DNA from: an uncultured Lachnospiraceae bacterium
Lineage (GTDB): Bacteria; Bacillota; Clostridia; Lachnospirales; Lachnospiraceae
Length of the DNA: 64,000 bases
NCBI GenBank assembly: GCA_900320485.1
Contig: ONSO01000002.1
Location: 1,187-65,186 of the forward strand
Direction of reading: 5' to 3'
Positions 27,255-36,440 of this stretch are shown piece by piece (positions within the stretch are counted from its first letter, which is position 1; the number at the start of each line of letters is the position of its first letter). The position numbers were made by a program, and so were the translations under genes. The notes below the pieces were generated by a model. That model saw only the letters and a program-made list of their open reading frames with translations. It searched no databases and was not told the DNA's origin.

Positions 27255-27884
27255 TTATTTATACTGTTTTCCCGTTATCTGTTCCCGCTTCTTGTTGGCC
27301 TTTACGTCCAAAGTCAGGCCAATACTCACGCCGATCACCACGCCGATGATCATGCCCGTCACCACGTGGGCAAGAACAATTCCCAAAATAAAGCCAATAA
27401 ATATGCCAATGAACAGGTACAGCCCCGTCCAGGCAGTCTTCGGCTTTGTCAGGGAATAGGCATCCCATCTTCCGTGGCTGCTGCCGCGGCGTACAAATCC
27501 TGCACTGTCAAGTACCCTGACGGCTGCATCGTTTTCCCTGTCTGCCTCTGCCTTGATCTCGTATACGTTATCAAAATGAAATAACCAGCTTGTCAGCATG
27601 TTCAGGGCCTCTTTGCCGTATCCCTGATCCCGGTATTCCTTCTTGATCTCCAAAGAAACGGGAATGGCGCCCAAAACCTTCTCTCCCGCAAAGGAAGCTT
27701 TCCCGATCTCCGTTTTTTCCTCATCCAAAAGAGTTATGATCCAGTCCGCATTCCAAATGTCATTGTCATCAGAGGCGGTGATTTCTAATTTTTTGGACTT
27801 TAATATGTGCTTCCGCGTCTCTTCACTCTCTGCCGGCGCTTCCTTCGTAACCTCAGTTTCCATATCCTTCCCCATATTATCCAC
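27255..27884 (-). CDS. RimJ/RimL-like GNAT protein with two C-terminal TM helices
   Basis: YRDQGYGKEA, N.AA.RVL...GF; hydrophobic Gly-rich C-terminus. Confidence 0.75.
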   Translation of the reverse strand: MDNMGKDMETEVTKEAPAESEETRKHILKSKKLEITASDDNDIWNADWIITLLDEEKTEIGKASFAGEKVLGAIPVSLEIKKEYRDQGYGKEALNMLTSWLFHFDNVYEIKAEADRENDAAVRVLDSAGFVRRGSSHGRWDAYSLTKPKTAWTGLYLFIGIFIGFILGIVLAHVVTGMIIGVVIGVSIGLTLDVKANKKREQITGKQYK

Positions 27885-27931
27885 TCACTCTTTTCCTGCA
27901 AAGCCTCTATGGCTTCACGCTCCTGCCAAAA

Positions 27932-28102
27932 GCAATTCTGAAACTATTCCGGCGTGCCCTGCGGCACGTCCCTCGCTTCGCTCGGGATTTCAGAATCGCT
28001 TCGCAATTCTGAAACTTTTCCGGCGTGCCCTGCGGCACGTCCCTCGCTTCGCTCGGGATTTCAGAATCGCTTCGCAATTGCTTCGCAATTCTGAAACTAT
28101 TC
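27932..28102. repeat. Tandem 71-bp structured repeat (2 full copies plus partial)
   Basis: GGCGTGCCCTGCGGCACGTCCCTCGCTTCGCTCGGGATTTCAGAATCGCTTCGCAATTCTGAAAC, identical cores. Confidence 0.9.
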
Positions 28103-28126
28103 TACCATGGCGGGGGGATTTTGTCA

Positions 28127-28951
28127 CTAAGAGAACGTGACGTGCAGCCGGAGCCTTGCCAGAAACCCCCTGTCCTTTTCCTCATAAGTTTCCAGTGCCT
28201 TTAAGAGCTTTTCGCAGCTCTGATAGCGTCTCCAGGGCTGCTTTGCCGTGCATTTACGGACAATTCCCGCCAGGGTCGGCGAGATGTTTTTATTCCACTC
28301 ACGAACGTCGCAGACCTGATGCGGAGGTTCCCCGGGGTCATGCCCCGTCAGTGCGTGATAAAGCGTTACCCCAAGCCCGTATACGTCCGTCCGGACGTCG
28401 CTGTGAGGATGCTTTCCATATTGCTCCGGCGCCGCATACCCGGGCGTCCCCAAGGGAAGCGTATCCCTGCTCCTTTTCTGTTGCCGTATGGAACCAAAAT
28501 CGATCAGCTTTACCCGTCCGTCCTTTTGCAGGATCACGTTGGCAGGCTTCATGTCCCGGTAGATCACGGGCGGGTGAAAACCGTGAAGATAGACCAAAGC
28601 CTTACAGAGCTGCTTTGCCCATTCCACCGCCTGCTCCTGGGAAACTCTTCCCCTCTCCCGCAGTAGCGCATCCAGGGCAATGCCCTCCACGTAATCCATC
28701 GCCACGTAAACAAAGCCCTTTCCCTCCCACGCCCTTCTTACGCGCGGCAACGCCGGATGATAAAGCTTTTCCTGCAGGCGAAGCTCCGTCAATGCTCCGG
28801 CAAGCTGCGCCTTTTCCACCGGGATCTCCTTTACGGCAAGCCTTTCGCCTCCCTTTACGTCCTCCGCCAGATATACTCTGGAGGTTCCCCCCGTTCCGAG
28901 TAGTCCCTTAATAACATAGGTTTCCCCAACCACTTCCCCAAATTCTGCCAT
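28127..28951 (-). CDS. Stand-alone Hanks-type Ser/Thr protein kinase
   Basis: LGTGGTSRV, AVK, YRDMKPAN, DFG, GTPGYAAPEQ, DVYGLG. Confidence 0.93.
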   Translation of the reverse strand: MAEFGEVVGETYVIKGLLGTGGTSRVYLAEDVKGGERLAVKEIPVEKAQLAGALTELRLQEKLYHPALPRVRRAWEGKGFVYVAMDYVEGIALDALLRERGRVSQEQAVEWAKQLCKALVYLHGFHPPVIYRDMKPANVILQKDGRVKLIDFGSIRQQKRSRDTLPLGTPGYAAPEQYGKHPHSDVRTDVYGLGVTLYHALTGHDPGEPPHQVCDVREWNKNISPTLAGIVRKCTAKQPWRRYQSCEKLLKALETYEEKDRGFLARLRLHVTFS

Positions 28952-28962
28952 ATTTTACCCTC

Positions 28963-30093
28963 TTATTCGCCGTACTCACACCCCACGTGACCGATCCGGA
29001 ACTCCTCCACCAGTTCCTTCCCGCCGGGCTTTTTGCGGTACAGCTTGATCCATCCATACCCGTTTCCCCCGTTCCAAAGCCGCTTATGCACCCTGTTGCC
29101 ATCCGGGGCTTCATAGTTGACAAACAGCATGTCCCGCCGCTTGCAGTGCACGTTTGTCTGCATCACGTACTCCCAGTTCTCCTGCTGCACGTGCCAAATG
29201 ATCTCCTCTTTTGTCTCGTTACAGCGGAACTTTGTCCTGGCTCCCGTCCAAAACTTAGAAAAATTGAATTCAATGGGCTTTCCCTCCAGATAAAAGGCCC
29301 CTAAAAGGATCCTGTCAAGCCCGATGCCAAAGACCTTAGGCCTGCCGCCGCCTATGTCAAAGACGGTATTCCGCAACCTCTTTCCGTCCCGCTTTCTGAC
29401 CACGTCATTGGAGGATAGCCAGATCCAGGGCGTGGTAAAATGAGAACCCCAATTCTTGTCCGCATATCCATAACAGCTCTCCGGCCTTACGTCATACACC
29501 TCGCCGTCCAGGGTCACTTCTCCCTCAAAGGCCGTTTTCATGCCCTCCGCGTGCCAGTACATTTCAAAGGCATTCAGCTTGCGCATCAGCTTTCCCGCAC
29601 CATATCCCACGTTAAATGCCACCTGCTTTTGCACCTTCAGATTCCAGCTCATCTCGCCGGCCTGGCTCATCCACTCCGGATGCGCAATGGCTTCCTCCTT
29701 CGTCACCTTAACGCTTCCCCGGATCAGATTCTCGGAAGCCCTGCAGTCTCCCGCCCAGAGGCGATAGGCCTTGGAGCCATAAACGCTCACGTCCTCCCAG
29801 GCAAAAAACCTGTGCATTTGTCTGGCATCCTCCCCCCAGCAACCCGCCTTCACCATGAGATAAGACGGCCACCATTCATTTTCAAGGCATTCCGGAAGCT
29901 GGCCGAAGATGGGCTCCGCCTGTCCCAGTGCAGGATTACAGAGAAAATACTCCACAAAAAAAGATTTCTCCTCACCCGTTCTCCTGTTGATCCCGGTAAA
30001 GGAATGCCACCACCAGTCATATCCCTGAAAGGCCAGCTTACCCCAAAGCTGACAGGCGTTTCTTTCTTTATCCGATCTATTAAAACTATGCAT
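28963..30093 (-). CDS. Tocopherol cyclase-like family protein
   Basis: YDWWW, GYADKNWG..F..PW.W motif. Confidence 0.75.
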   Translation of the reverse strand: MHSFNRSDKERNACQLWGKLAFQGYDWWWHSFTGINRRTGEEKSFFVEYFLCNPALGQAEPIFGQLPECLENEWWPSYLMVKAGCWGEDARQMHRFFAWEDVSVYGSKAYRLWAGDCRASENLIRGSVKVTKEEAIAHPEWMSQAGEMSWNLKVQKQVAFNVGYGAGKLMRKLNAFEMYWHAEGMKTAFEGEVTLDGEVYDVRPESCYGYADKNWGSHFTTPWIWLSSNDVVRKRDGKRLRNTVFDIGGGRPKVFGIGLDRILLGAFYLEGKPIEFNFSKFWTGARTKFRCNETKEEIIWHVQQENWEYVMQTNVHCKRRDMLFVNYEAPDGNRVHKRLWNGGNGYGWIKLYRKKPGGKELVEEFRIGHVGCEYGE

Positions 30094-31237
30094 CTTTTTC
30101 TCCTCCTTCTTTGCCGGACAATGCCCCCTGCGAGATCATAAACGTAATGCAAAGCGCCGCCATGGCCACAAATGCCCCCAGAATCCACAGGGTCCCCTGC
30201 GACACCTTCGGTGCTTCCGGCGTTTTTGAATACATTGCACTGATCACCTCATCATCTACGTCTTCCATAAGCTGCTCCCAGGAATCCTCTCCCTCCTCAG
30301 CCTTCGGTTCTGCGGTGGGCTCTGGCGTTACTTTCAGAATGGGCCGCACGGCAATGGCGCCGCAGTTTTTACAAATTCCCTGCTCTTCGCCCTCCGCTTC
30401 CTGCGTGGCCTCGCGGGTCACGCTCCATTCGTAATCATGATCCTTCAGCGTAAAATGATCCCGCTCTTCATATCCGCAGGTTTCGCAGACGTACGTCACG
30501 TAACCGAATTCACAGCCGCTTTCCGTCACTTCCTCCCGCATCACCGGATTATCACAGGCATGGGGAAGCAAATCCACGTCATAGGTAAAGACTTCGTCCC
30601 TGACAAAATCATTTTTATTCCTGCCATTTTCAAAATCCCAGTTCATGATCTCGCCGATAAATCCGTTACAGTAAGCCCTTCGGTTCTTGTTATCCTCAAA
30701 GAACCGGATCTTTCCCCGTACGTAATTGTCCGTGATGGATCCCCGATAAGTCTTTCCCTTGGGATAAAACATATACATGCCGATAAGTCCGCCGTCATGA
30801 ACGTAACCATGGTCCGAATCGAACCCTTGGATCATGATCTCGCATCCGTGAACGTCCGGATACCCTGCGGCACAAACGCCGCCCATAAACTGCTCATCCT
30901 TTGTGGTCGCGTCCGTATCCACGCAGACCAGGGTAACGTCGCACGACGTGTCCGAGATCTCTCCGCAGCCGTATCCGATGATGCCGCCAACGCCAAACAT
31001 GCGGTCATGGGCATAAAGCGTTAAATTTCCCTGCACCGAGCAATTCTGAATGGACGCATCCTCCATATATCCCGCGATCCCGCCAATGAAACAAGGCTGG
31101 TCGGTCTCCACGCCGATCCGCAGGTTCACAAGATTTAAGTTCGACACGCACCCGCCGCTCAGCTCGTCAAAAAGCCCGGAAAAATACGTGTCATAAACCT
31201 TCATGTTTCCGTCATAGGTCTCCCGGATGCTCTCCCC
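30086..31237 (-). pseudogene. 5'-truncated surface protein (GLUG-like repeats, CxxC repeats, C-terminal TM)
   Basis: IGGIAG/VGGIIG repeats, C..C motifs, PT linker, TM anchor. No signal peptide; the frame begins inside dinB sequence. Confidence 0.6.
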
Positions 31238-32315
31238 GCCAAAGCTCCCGAAAAAGGGAAACGGCCGTCTCGTAAATCTCATCCGTCACGTCCGTGGGAC
31301 TGTCTAGCTTGCGCTGATGCGAACGGTTGGTAAACCTTGTGGAGGGCGTATTCCCGCGAGCGTTCTGAAGCTTGCTAAGACGAATGTCCACGGCAACGCA
31401 GGAGGCCTTAGCCCCGTCCGCGCGCATGCGTCTCGCCACGTTATCCGCCAGGGCAAGTAAAACGTGCTTTGCCCTCTCCAGCGTGGTCACGTCCTCCTCC
31501 AGCGTCGTGGAAATGCTGTATCCCTTTGCATCCTCCCGCTCCTCCGACACGGGAGAATCGTCGATCCCGTTGGCATATTCCCAGGCCTGCTGCCCTCCCT
31601 TTTCACCAAGCAGGGCCTGGATCTTTACAAGAGGTGCGTTTGCAAGTGCGCCAATGGTTCCGATCCCCGCCTCCTTAAGCCTTGCGGAAGTCGCCTTTCC
31701 CACAAACAGAAGGTCTCCCACCGGCAGGGGCCACATCTTTTCCGACACCTCCCTAAGGAACAGGGTATGCACCTTGTCAGGCTTTTCAAAGTCACTGGCC
31801 ATCTTTGCCAGAAGCCTGTTGGAACCGATCCCCACGTTCACCGTAAAACCCAGGGTCTCGCGGATCTCGTCCTTGATCTGACGCGCAAGGGCAATGGGGT
31901 CGGGATAGAGCAACGAAGTACCCGTCATGTCAAGAAAGCACTCATCCACGGAAAATTTTTGCAGCACCGGCGCGTATTTCCGGCAGACGTTCATGAATGC
32001 TCTGGAATTTCTCTCATAGAGTCTGAAATTGGGCGGAACCAGTACTAACCCCGGGCATTTCTGCATGGCCAGGGATACGGGTTCTCCCGTGGTGACGCCA
32101 TATTTCTTTGCGGGAATGGATTTGGCCAAAATGATCCCCGTCCGTTTCCCCGGTTCTCCCCCGACGGCAGCAGGGATCAGGCGCAGATCCTCAAGGCCCT
32201 CGGAAACCCTTTTGGCAGACTCCCAGGACAGATATGCGCTGTTTACGTCCACGTGAAAGATCAATCGCTCCCTTGTTTTTCCGATGGCAGATTTTTCTTC
32301 TGCAGGCTCTCCCAT
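31212..32315 (-). CDS. dinB: DNA polymerase IV, apparently lacking its last segment
   Basis: FHVDVNSAY, SVDECFLD, LAKMASD.EKP; ends abruptly at LWRGEHPGDL* with no RLLGV strand. Confidence 0.88.
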   Translation of the reverse strand: MGEPAEEKSAIGKTRERLIFHVDVNSAYLSWESAKRVSEGLEDLRLIPAAVGGEPGKRTGIILAKSIPAKKYGVTTGEPVSLAMQKCPGLVLVPPNFRLYERNSRAFMNVCRKYAPVLQKFSVDECFLDMTGTSLLYPDPIALARQIKDEIRETLGFTVNVGIGSNRLLAKMASDFEKPDKVHTLFLREVSEKMWPLPVGDLLFVGKATSARLKEAGIGTIGALANAPLVKIQALLGEKGGQQAWEYANGIDDSPVSEEREDAKGYSISTTLEEDVTTLERAKHVLLALADNVARRMRADGAKASCVAVDIRLSKLQNARGNTPSTRFTNRSHQRKLDSPTDVTDEIYETAVSLFRELWRGEHPGDL

Positions 32316-33217
32316 GCTTTTTCCTCCCGCTGCCGCCTTCCGCTTTCGCGGTACTCTCCGGGGGCCGTTCCCATCTGCCTCCGGAAAACCCTGTTGAAAT
32401 AGCTGACGTTGTCAAAGCCGCAGCTCCCGGCAATCTCCGTGATCTTGTCATCCGTGAGGATCAGCCTCTCTGCGGCCTTGATGATCCGAATGCGGTTAAG
32501 GTAAGCAAAGGGCGCATACCCCGTGACCGCCTTAAACCGGTGGCAGAAATGGCTCTCACTGTAGCCGGAGCTTTCCACCAGCGCCGAAAGGGTAACGTTC
32601 TCACCATAGTGCAGCATAAGGTAATCGATTCCTTTCCTGACGCCCTCCCTGGATCCGTCGGCCTTCTCATTATAGCGCATCTGGTCGGAAACTGCATTAA
32701 ATATTTCTTGCAACGTGATCATCAGCTCCCCCATCAGCCGCATCTCGTAGCTTTGCAGCGGCGCGGATACGTAATTCCAAAGCCCCGCAAGACGCTCCAG
32801 CGTCTCCCGGGATTCCTCATCCCCGCGGCAAAAGACCTTGACGGACTCTGGCCTGTGATTTAGGATCGCGTTTACGTAAAGATTACCCGTTTCGCCCAAA
32901 TAGCCGGCCAGCCATTCCAGGGAAAAAACCACGGCGCGGTGACTGCAAGCCTCTCCAAGCCTTTTTTCCGCGTGATGCGTCAGATTTGGCGGCACAAAAA
33001 TGCCGTCCCCGGCGTGAAGCGTAAAGCTGCGGTCCTCCACCCAAAAGGTGATCGTTCCCTCCTCCAGATAAAAGAGCTCTGCCTCAGGATGACAGTGGAG
33101 ATACAGCGCGCTGGCATTCTCCTCCCCCACGTAGGTCCTGTGGATGGAAAAGGGCCTGGCCTCGGTCTCATGATTTACTTTTTCCAAGATTGTTTTTTTC
33201 TCTTCCCATGCATTCAT
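32261..33217 (-). CDS. AraC family regulator with cupin domain
   Basis: LHCHPEAE cupin; YSESHFC..FK...G, GFDNVSYF.RVF. True start 33217; the 870-aa track ORF is an antisense extension. Confidence 0.92.
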   Translation of the reverse strand: MNAWEEKKTILEKVNHETEARPFSIHRTYVGEENASALYLHCHPEAELFYLEEGTITFWVEDRSFTLHAGDGIFVPPNLTHHAEKRLGEACSHRAVVFSLEWLAGYLGETGNLYVNAILNHRPESVKVFCRGDEESRETLERLAGLWNYVSAPLQSYEMRLMGELMITLQEIFNAVSDQMRYNEKADGSREGVRKGIDYLMLHYGENVTLSALVESSGYSESHFCHRFKAVTGYAPFAYLNRIRIIKAAERLILTDDKITEIAGSCGFDNVSYFNRVFRRQMGTAPGEYRESGRRQREEKAWESLQKKNLPSEKQGSD

Positions 33218-33319
33218 GGCAAAATAGTACAATAAAATCATGATTTTCGTCAAGTATTTTACAAAAAATTGCAATATAATGTCATTAGCAAACGGCATTT
33301 TGGAAAAGGAGAGATACGC

Positions 33320-35293
33320 ATGGGAAAAATCAGGATCGAAGGAAAGAAGCTGATCTATCAGCGAAAGGACGAGCTTACGGTCATTGAGCCTTACGGTGCT
33401 AACTGTCTGCGCTGTCGCAGCACGAAAAACGGCAGACTGTCCGACGAAAAATGGACGGTGCAAGATCCCGTCACGGAGGATGCCTGCATTCTCAGCGGGG
33501 ACGAGAAAAAGGCCACCATCCAAAACGGCCTTGTCAGTGCCACCATAGAGGCCGGCCAGATCTGGTACGGCGGGCTCATCACCTATTATCGCAAGGATCA
33601 GCCCATTCTCCGCACAAGATTTGAGGGCGACTACGCCAACCGGAACCAGCACGTGGAAGGGGACCACTATCGCATTCAGGTGATCTTTGAGCCCAATGAG
33701 GGCGAGCATTTTTATGGCATGGGGCAGGAACAGACGGACCTTTTCGACCGCAAGGGCAGCACATGTCAGATCGTGCATTACAACACAAAATCCACCCTGC
33801 CGGTCCTTTACTCTTCCCTGGGGTACGGTTTTTTCTGGAATAATCCCGCACCGGGGCGGTGTGAGACCACGCGGAACCACACCATGTTTGTAGCTGACAG
33901 CGCCTATCAGGCAGACTATTTTATCTATGGCGGCGAGACCCCCGCGGACGTGATGAAGATCTACTGCGACCTCACCGGCTACGCGCCAAAATTCCCCAGA
34001 TGGGCCGCAGGCTTCTGGCAGTGTAAGTTGCGCTATGAAAGCCAGGAGGACCTTCTCTCCGTCGCCCGGGAATATAAAAAGCGCGGCATTCCCATGGATG
34101 CCATTGTCATCGACTATTTCCACTGGACGGAGCAGGGCGAATGGCAATTTGATCCGAAATACTGGCCCGATCCCAAGGCCATGGTGGATGAACTGAAGGA
34201 AATGGGCGTGGAGCTGGTGGTCTCCATTTGGCCCACCATCAATCCCAAGAGTAAAAACTATCTGGAAATGAGCGAGGGAAACATGCTGATCCGCACGGAG
34301 AATGGTCAGTACGGCACCTTTGATTTTTACGGACAGCAGACCTTTATCGACGTGACAAACCCTGCCACAAGAGCCTTTGTCTGGGACAAGGTAAAGGAGA
34401 ATTATTATAAATATGGCATCAAGACCTTCTGGCTGGACGAGGCGGAACCCGAGGTTCATCCCCAGCAACCCTCCCACCTTAAATACTATCTGGGCAATGG
34501 CGCGCAGGTGGCACAACTCTATCCCTATTACTATGCAAAGACCTTTTATGACGGCCTGACTGCGGAGGGGGAATCCCCCGTCTCCCTGACCAGGGCCGCT
34601 TACCCCGGAAGCCAGAAATTCGGCGCCATCGTATGGAATGGCGACATTCCCTCCACCTTTGAGGCCCTGAAGATGAGCATCAAGAGCGGACTTTCCATGG
34701 GCATGTGCGGCATTCCCTGGTGGAATTCCGACATTGGCGGATTTCTTTTTGGCGACATAGAAAGTGATTATTTCCGGGAGCTTATTGTCAGATGGTTTCA
34801 GTTTGGAGTATTTTGTCCCGTCATGCGTCTCCACGGTGCCCGCAAAAAGCAGTCTGACTATCAGTTCCGCCATCCCGGCATCATTGAGCCCAGCGGCGGG
34901 GACAATGAGATCTGGTGTTTTGGTGACGATAATTACCCCATTTTGAAAGGTCTCATCGAGCTTCGGGAACGCTTAAAGGATTATACCTGCAAGTATATGG
35001 ACGAGGCCTCGGAGACGGGTGCCCCCATCATGCGCCCCATGTTCTGGGAATATCCCCAGGATGAAAAATGTTATGAATTAGAGGATCAGTATTTCTACGG
35101 ACGGGACATTCTCTTTGCCCCCATCTTTGAGCAGGGCCGCACGGAGCGGGACGTCTATCTCCCCGAGGGTACGTGGGTTCATGCCCTCACAAAAGAAAAA
35201 ATCCCGGGTGGCCAGACCATCCGGTGCCACGCCGGGATTCAGGAATTTATCGCCTTCGTCCGCGAAGGCAGTGACGTTCTTTCCTGTTTTTGA
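33320..35293 (+). CDS. Glycoside hydrolase family 31 (alpha-xylosidase-like)
   Basis: GFWQCKLRY, IDYFHW, WLDEAEPE, WNGDI, SDIGGF, MRLHG; RBS AAGGAG before ATG 33320. Confidence 0.92.
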   Translation: MGKIRIEGKKLIYQRKDELTVIEPYGANCLRCRSTKNGRLSDEKWTVQDPVTEDACILSGDEKKATIQNGLVSATIEAGQIWYGGLITYYRKDQPILRTRFEGDYANRNQHVEGDHYRIQVIFEPNEGEHFYGMGQEQTDLFDRKGSTCQIVHYNTKSTLPVLYSSLGYGFFWNNPAPGRCETTRNHTMFVADSAYQADYFIYGGETPADVMKIYCDLTGYAPKFPRWAAGFWQCKLRYESQEDLLSVAREYKKRGIPMDAIVIDYFHWTEQGEWQFDPKYWPDPKAMVDELKEMGVELVVSIWPTINPKSKNYLEMSEGNMLIRTENGQYGTFDFYGQQTFIDVTNPATRAFVWDKVKENYYKYGIKTFWLDEAEPEVHPQQPSHLKYYLGNGAQVAQLYPYYYAKTFYDGLTAEGESPVSLTRAAYPGSQKFGAIVWNGDIPSTFEALKMSIKSGLSMGMCGIPWWNSDIGGFLFGDIESDYFRELIVRWFQFGVFCPVMRLHGARKKQSDYQFRHPGIIEPSGGDNEIWCFGDDNYPILKGLIELRERLKDYTCKYMDEASETGAPIMRPMFWEYPQDEKCYELEDQYFYGRDILFAPIFEQGRTERDVYLPEGTWVHALTKEKIPGGQTIRCHAGIQEFIAFVREGSDVLSCF

Positions 35294-35303
35294 TCCTCGA
35301 AGC

Positions 35304-36257
35304 TTACTGCTGCTTTTTTTGCTCCGCCCAGGAATTTCTCTCCCAGAACACGCCACCCAGGTAGCCTTGGATCCGCGGATCTTCCTCCGCCATTTCCAAT
35401 CGCTTTCCGGCCCAGGCGCAATAAAGTTCATTTTGCTCCATCGTCACAAAATGACGCCCCAGTTTTTTTGCCGTAACTGCCGTGGTCCCGGAGCCTCCAA
35501 AGGGATCCAGTACCACGTCTCCGGAATTGCTGCTGGCAAGGATCAGCTTTGCCATCAGCTTTTCCGGCTTTTGGGTCGGATGCGCCGTATTTTCCGGCAT
35601 GGACCAGTAGGGAATGGAAACGTCGTCCCAAAAGTTGGAGGGACAGGTATTGCGGAAGTTCCCTTCCTCCGTCTCCTCCCAGTCCTTGGGCGCTCCGTCC
35701 ACCTTATAGGGCGCCATGACCTTTCTGCGGATCATCACGTCCTCCAGTTGAAAGACGTACTCTTTTCCCATGGTCGCAAACCATATGTCCTCCATGCCGT
35801 TTTTCCAATTCCGCTTTGCTCCCCGGCCCTTTTCCCTCTGCCAGGTAATGCGATTTTGCACCATCAGGAATTCATGAAGCACTTCCCCGATGATCAGGCT
35901 GCTCTTCCAGTCACAGCATACGTAGACGCTGGCTCCGGGCTTTAGGAGCGGCAGAGCTTTTTTGAGCCAGCTCCTCGTGTATTCCCGGTACTGATCCCAG
36001 CTCTTTGGCAAAAAAGCGTTCCCGTGATAATCCTTTGCCAGATTATAGGGCGGATCTGCGATCAAAAGATCCGCAAATGCCCGGGGTAGCTGATCCATGA
36101 TCTGAAAGCTGTCCCCGATCAGTATCTGATCCCGCACCTCGTCCAAAGTAAGGCTCCCCATCCCCGGCTTCCTGCAGCGTTCCAGATATTTCTTCCCTTC
36201 TTCACTGTCCAGGGTAAAATCTATGGTCTTGTTGCGAAGTGCTTTTTTCTTTTTCAT
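35304..36257 (-). CDS. Site-specific N6A/N4C DNA methyltransferase (beta class), orphan
   Basis: DPPY precedes HPTQKP and LDPFGGSGTT; no endonuclease adjacent. Confidence 0.92.
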   Translation of the reverse strand: MKKKKALRNKTIDFTLDSEEGKKYLERCRKPGMGSLTLDEVRDQILIGDSFQIMDQLPRAFADLLIADPPYNLAKDYHGNAFLPKSWDQYREYTRSWLKKALPLLKPGASVYVCCDWKSSLIIGEVLHEFLMVQNRITWQREKGRGAKRNWKNGMEDIWFATMGKEYVFQLEDVMIRRKVMAPYKVDGAPKDWEETEEGNFRNTCPSNFWDDVSIPYWSMPENTAHPTQKPEKLMAKLILASSNSGDVVLDPFGGSGTTAVTAKKLGRHFVTMEQNELYCAWAGKRLEMAEEDPRIQGYLGGVFWERNSWAEQKKQQ

Positions 36258-36354
36258 GCTCACGTCCTGCTCTTTCCCTTGATCCGATACGTTCCGGCAT
36301 ATTGTTCATGCAAGTGATAAAGAAGGCTAAAAATCTTCCCACGGTGATCCCGAT

Positions 36355-36397
36355 AAAAAACAGAGGCGCCGTCACGGTCTCCCGCCACGCGCCTCTT
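36355..36397 (-). terminator. Intrinsic terminator after the 1642-aa gene
   Basis: mRNA AGAGGCGC...GCGCCTCT-G-T6. Confidence 0.7.
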
Positions 36398-36440
36398 GAC
36401 CTGTTCCCGTCAATCATTATAACAAAACTTTAGGATTTTC

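Noticed and set aside
27932-28102. Possible CRISPR arrays at 15.5, 24.9, 28.0, 52.8 and 62.6 kb
   Set aside because: Units are head-to-tail with no unique spacers, and no cas genes are present.
33218-34873. 552-aa N-terminal extension of the AraC ORF (870-aa track ORF)
   Set aside because: It is the antisense shadow of the GH31 gene; the cupin-AraC protein starts at 33217.
36202-36433. Short ORFs or ncRNA upstream of the methyltransferase
   Set aside because: No RBS or motif support; the hairpin is explained as the terminator of the upstream operon.
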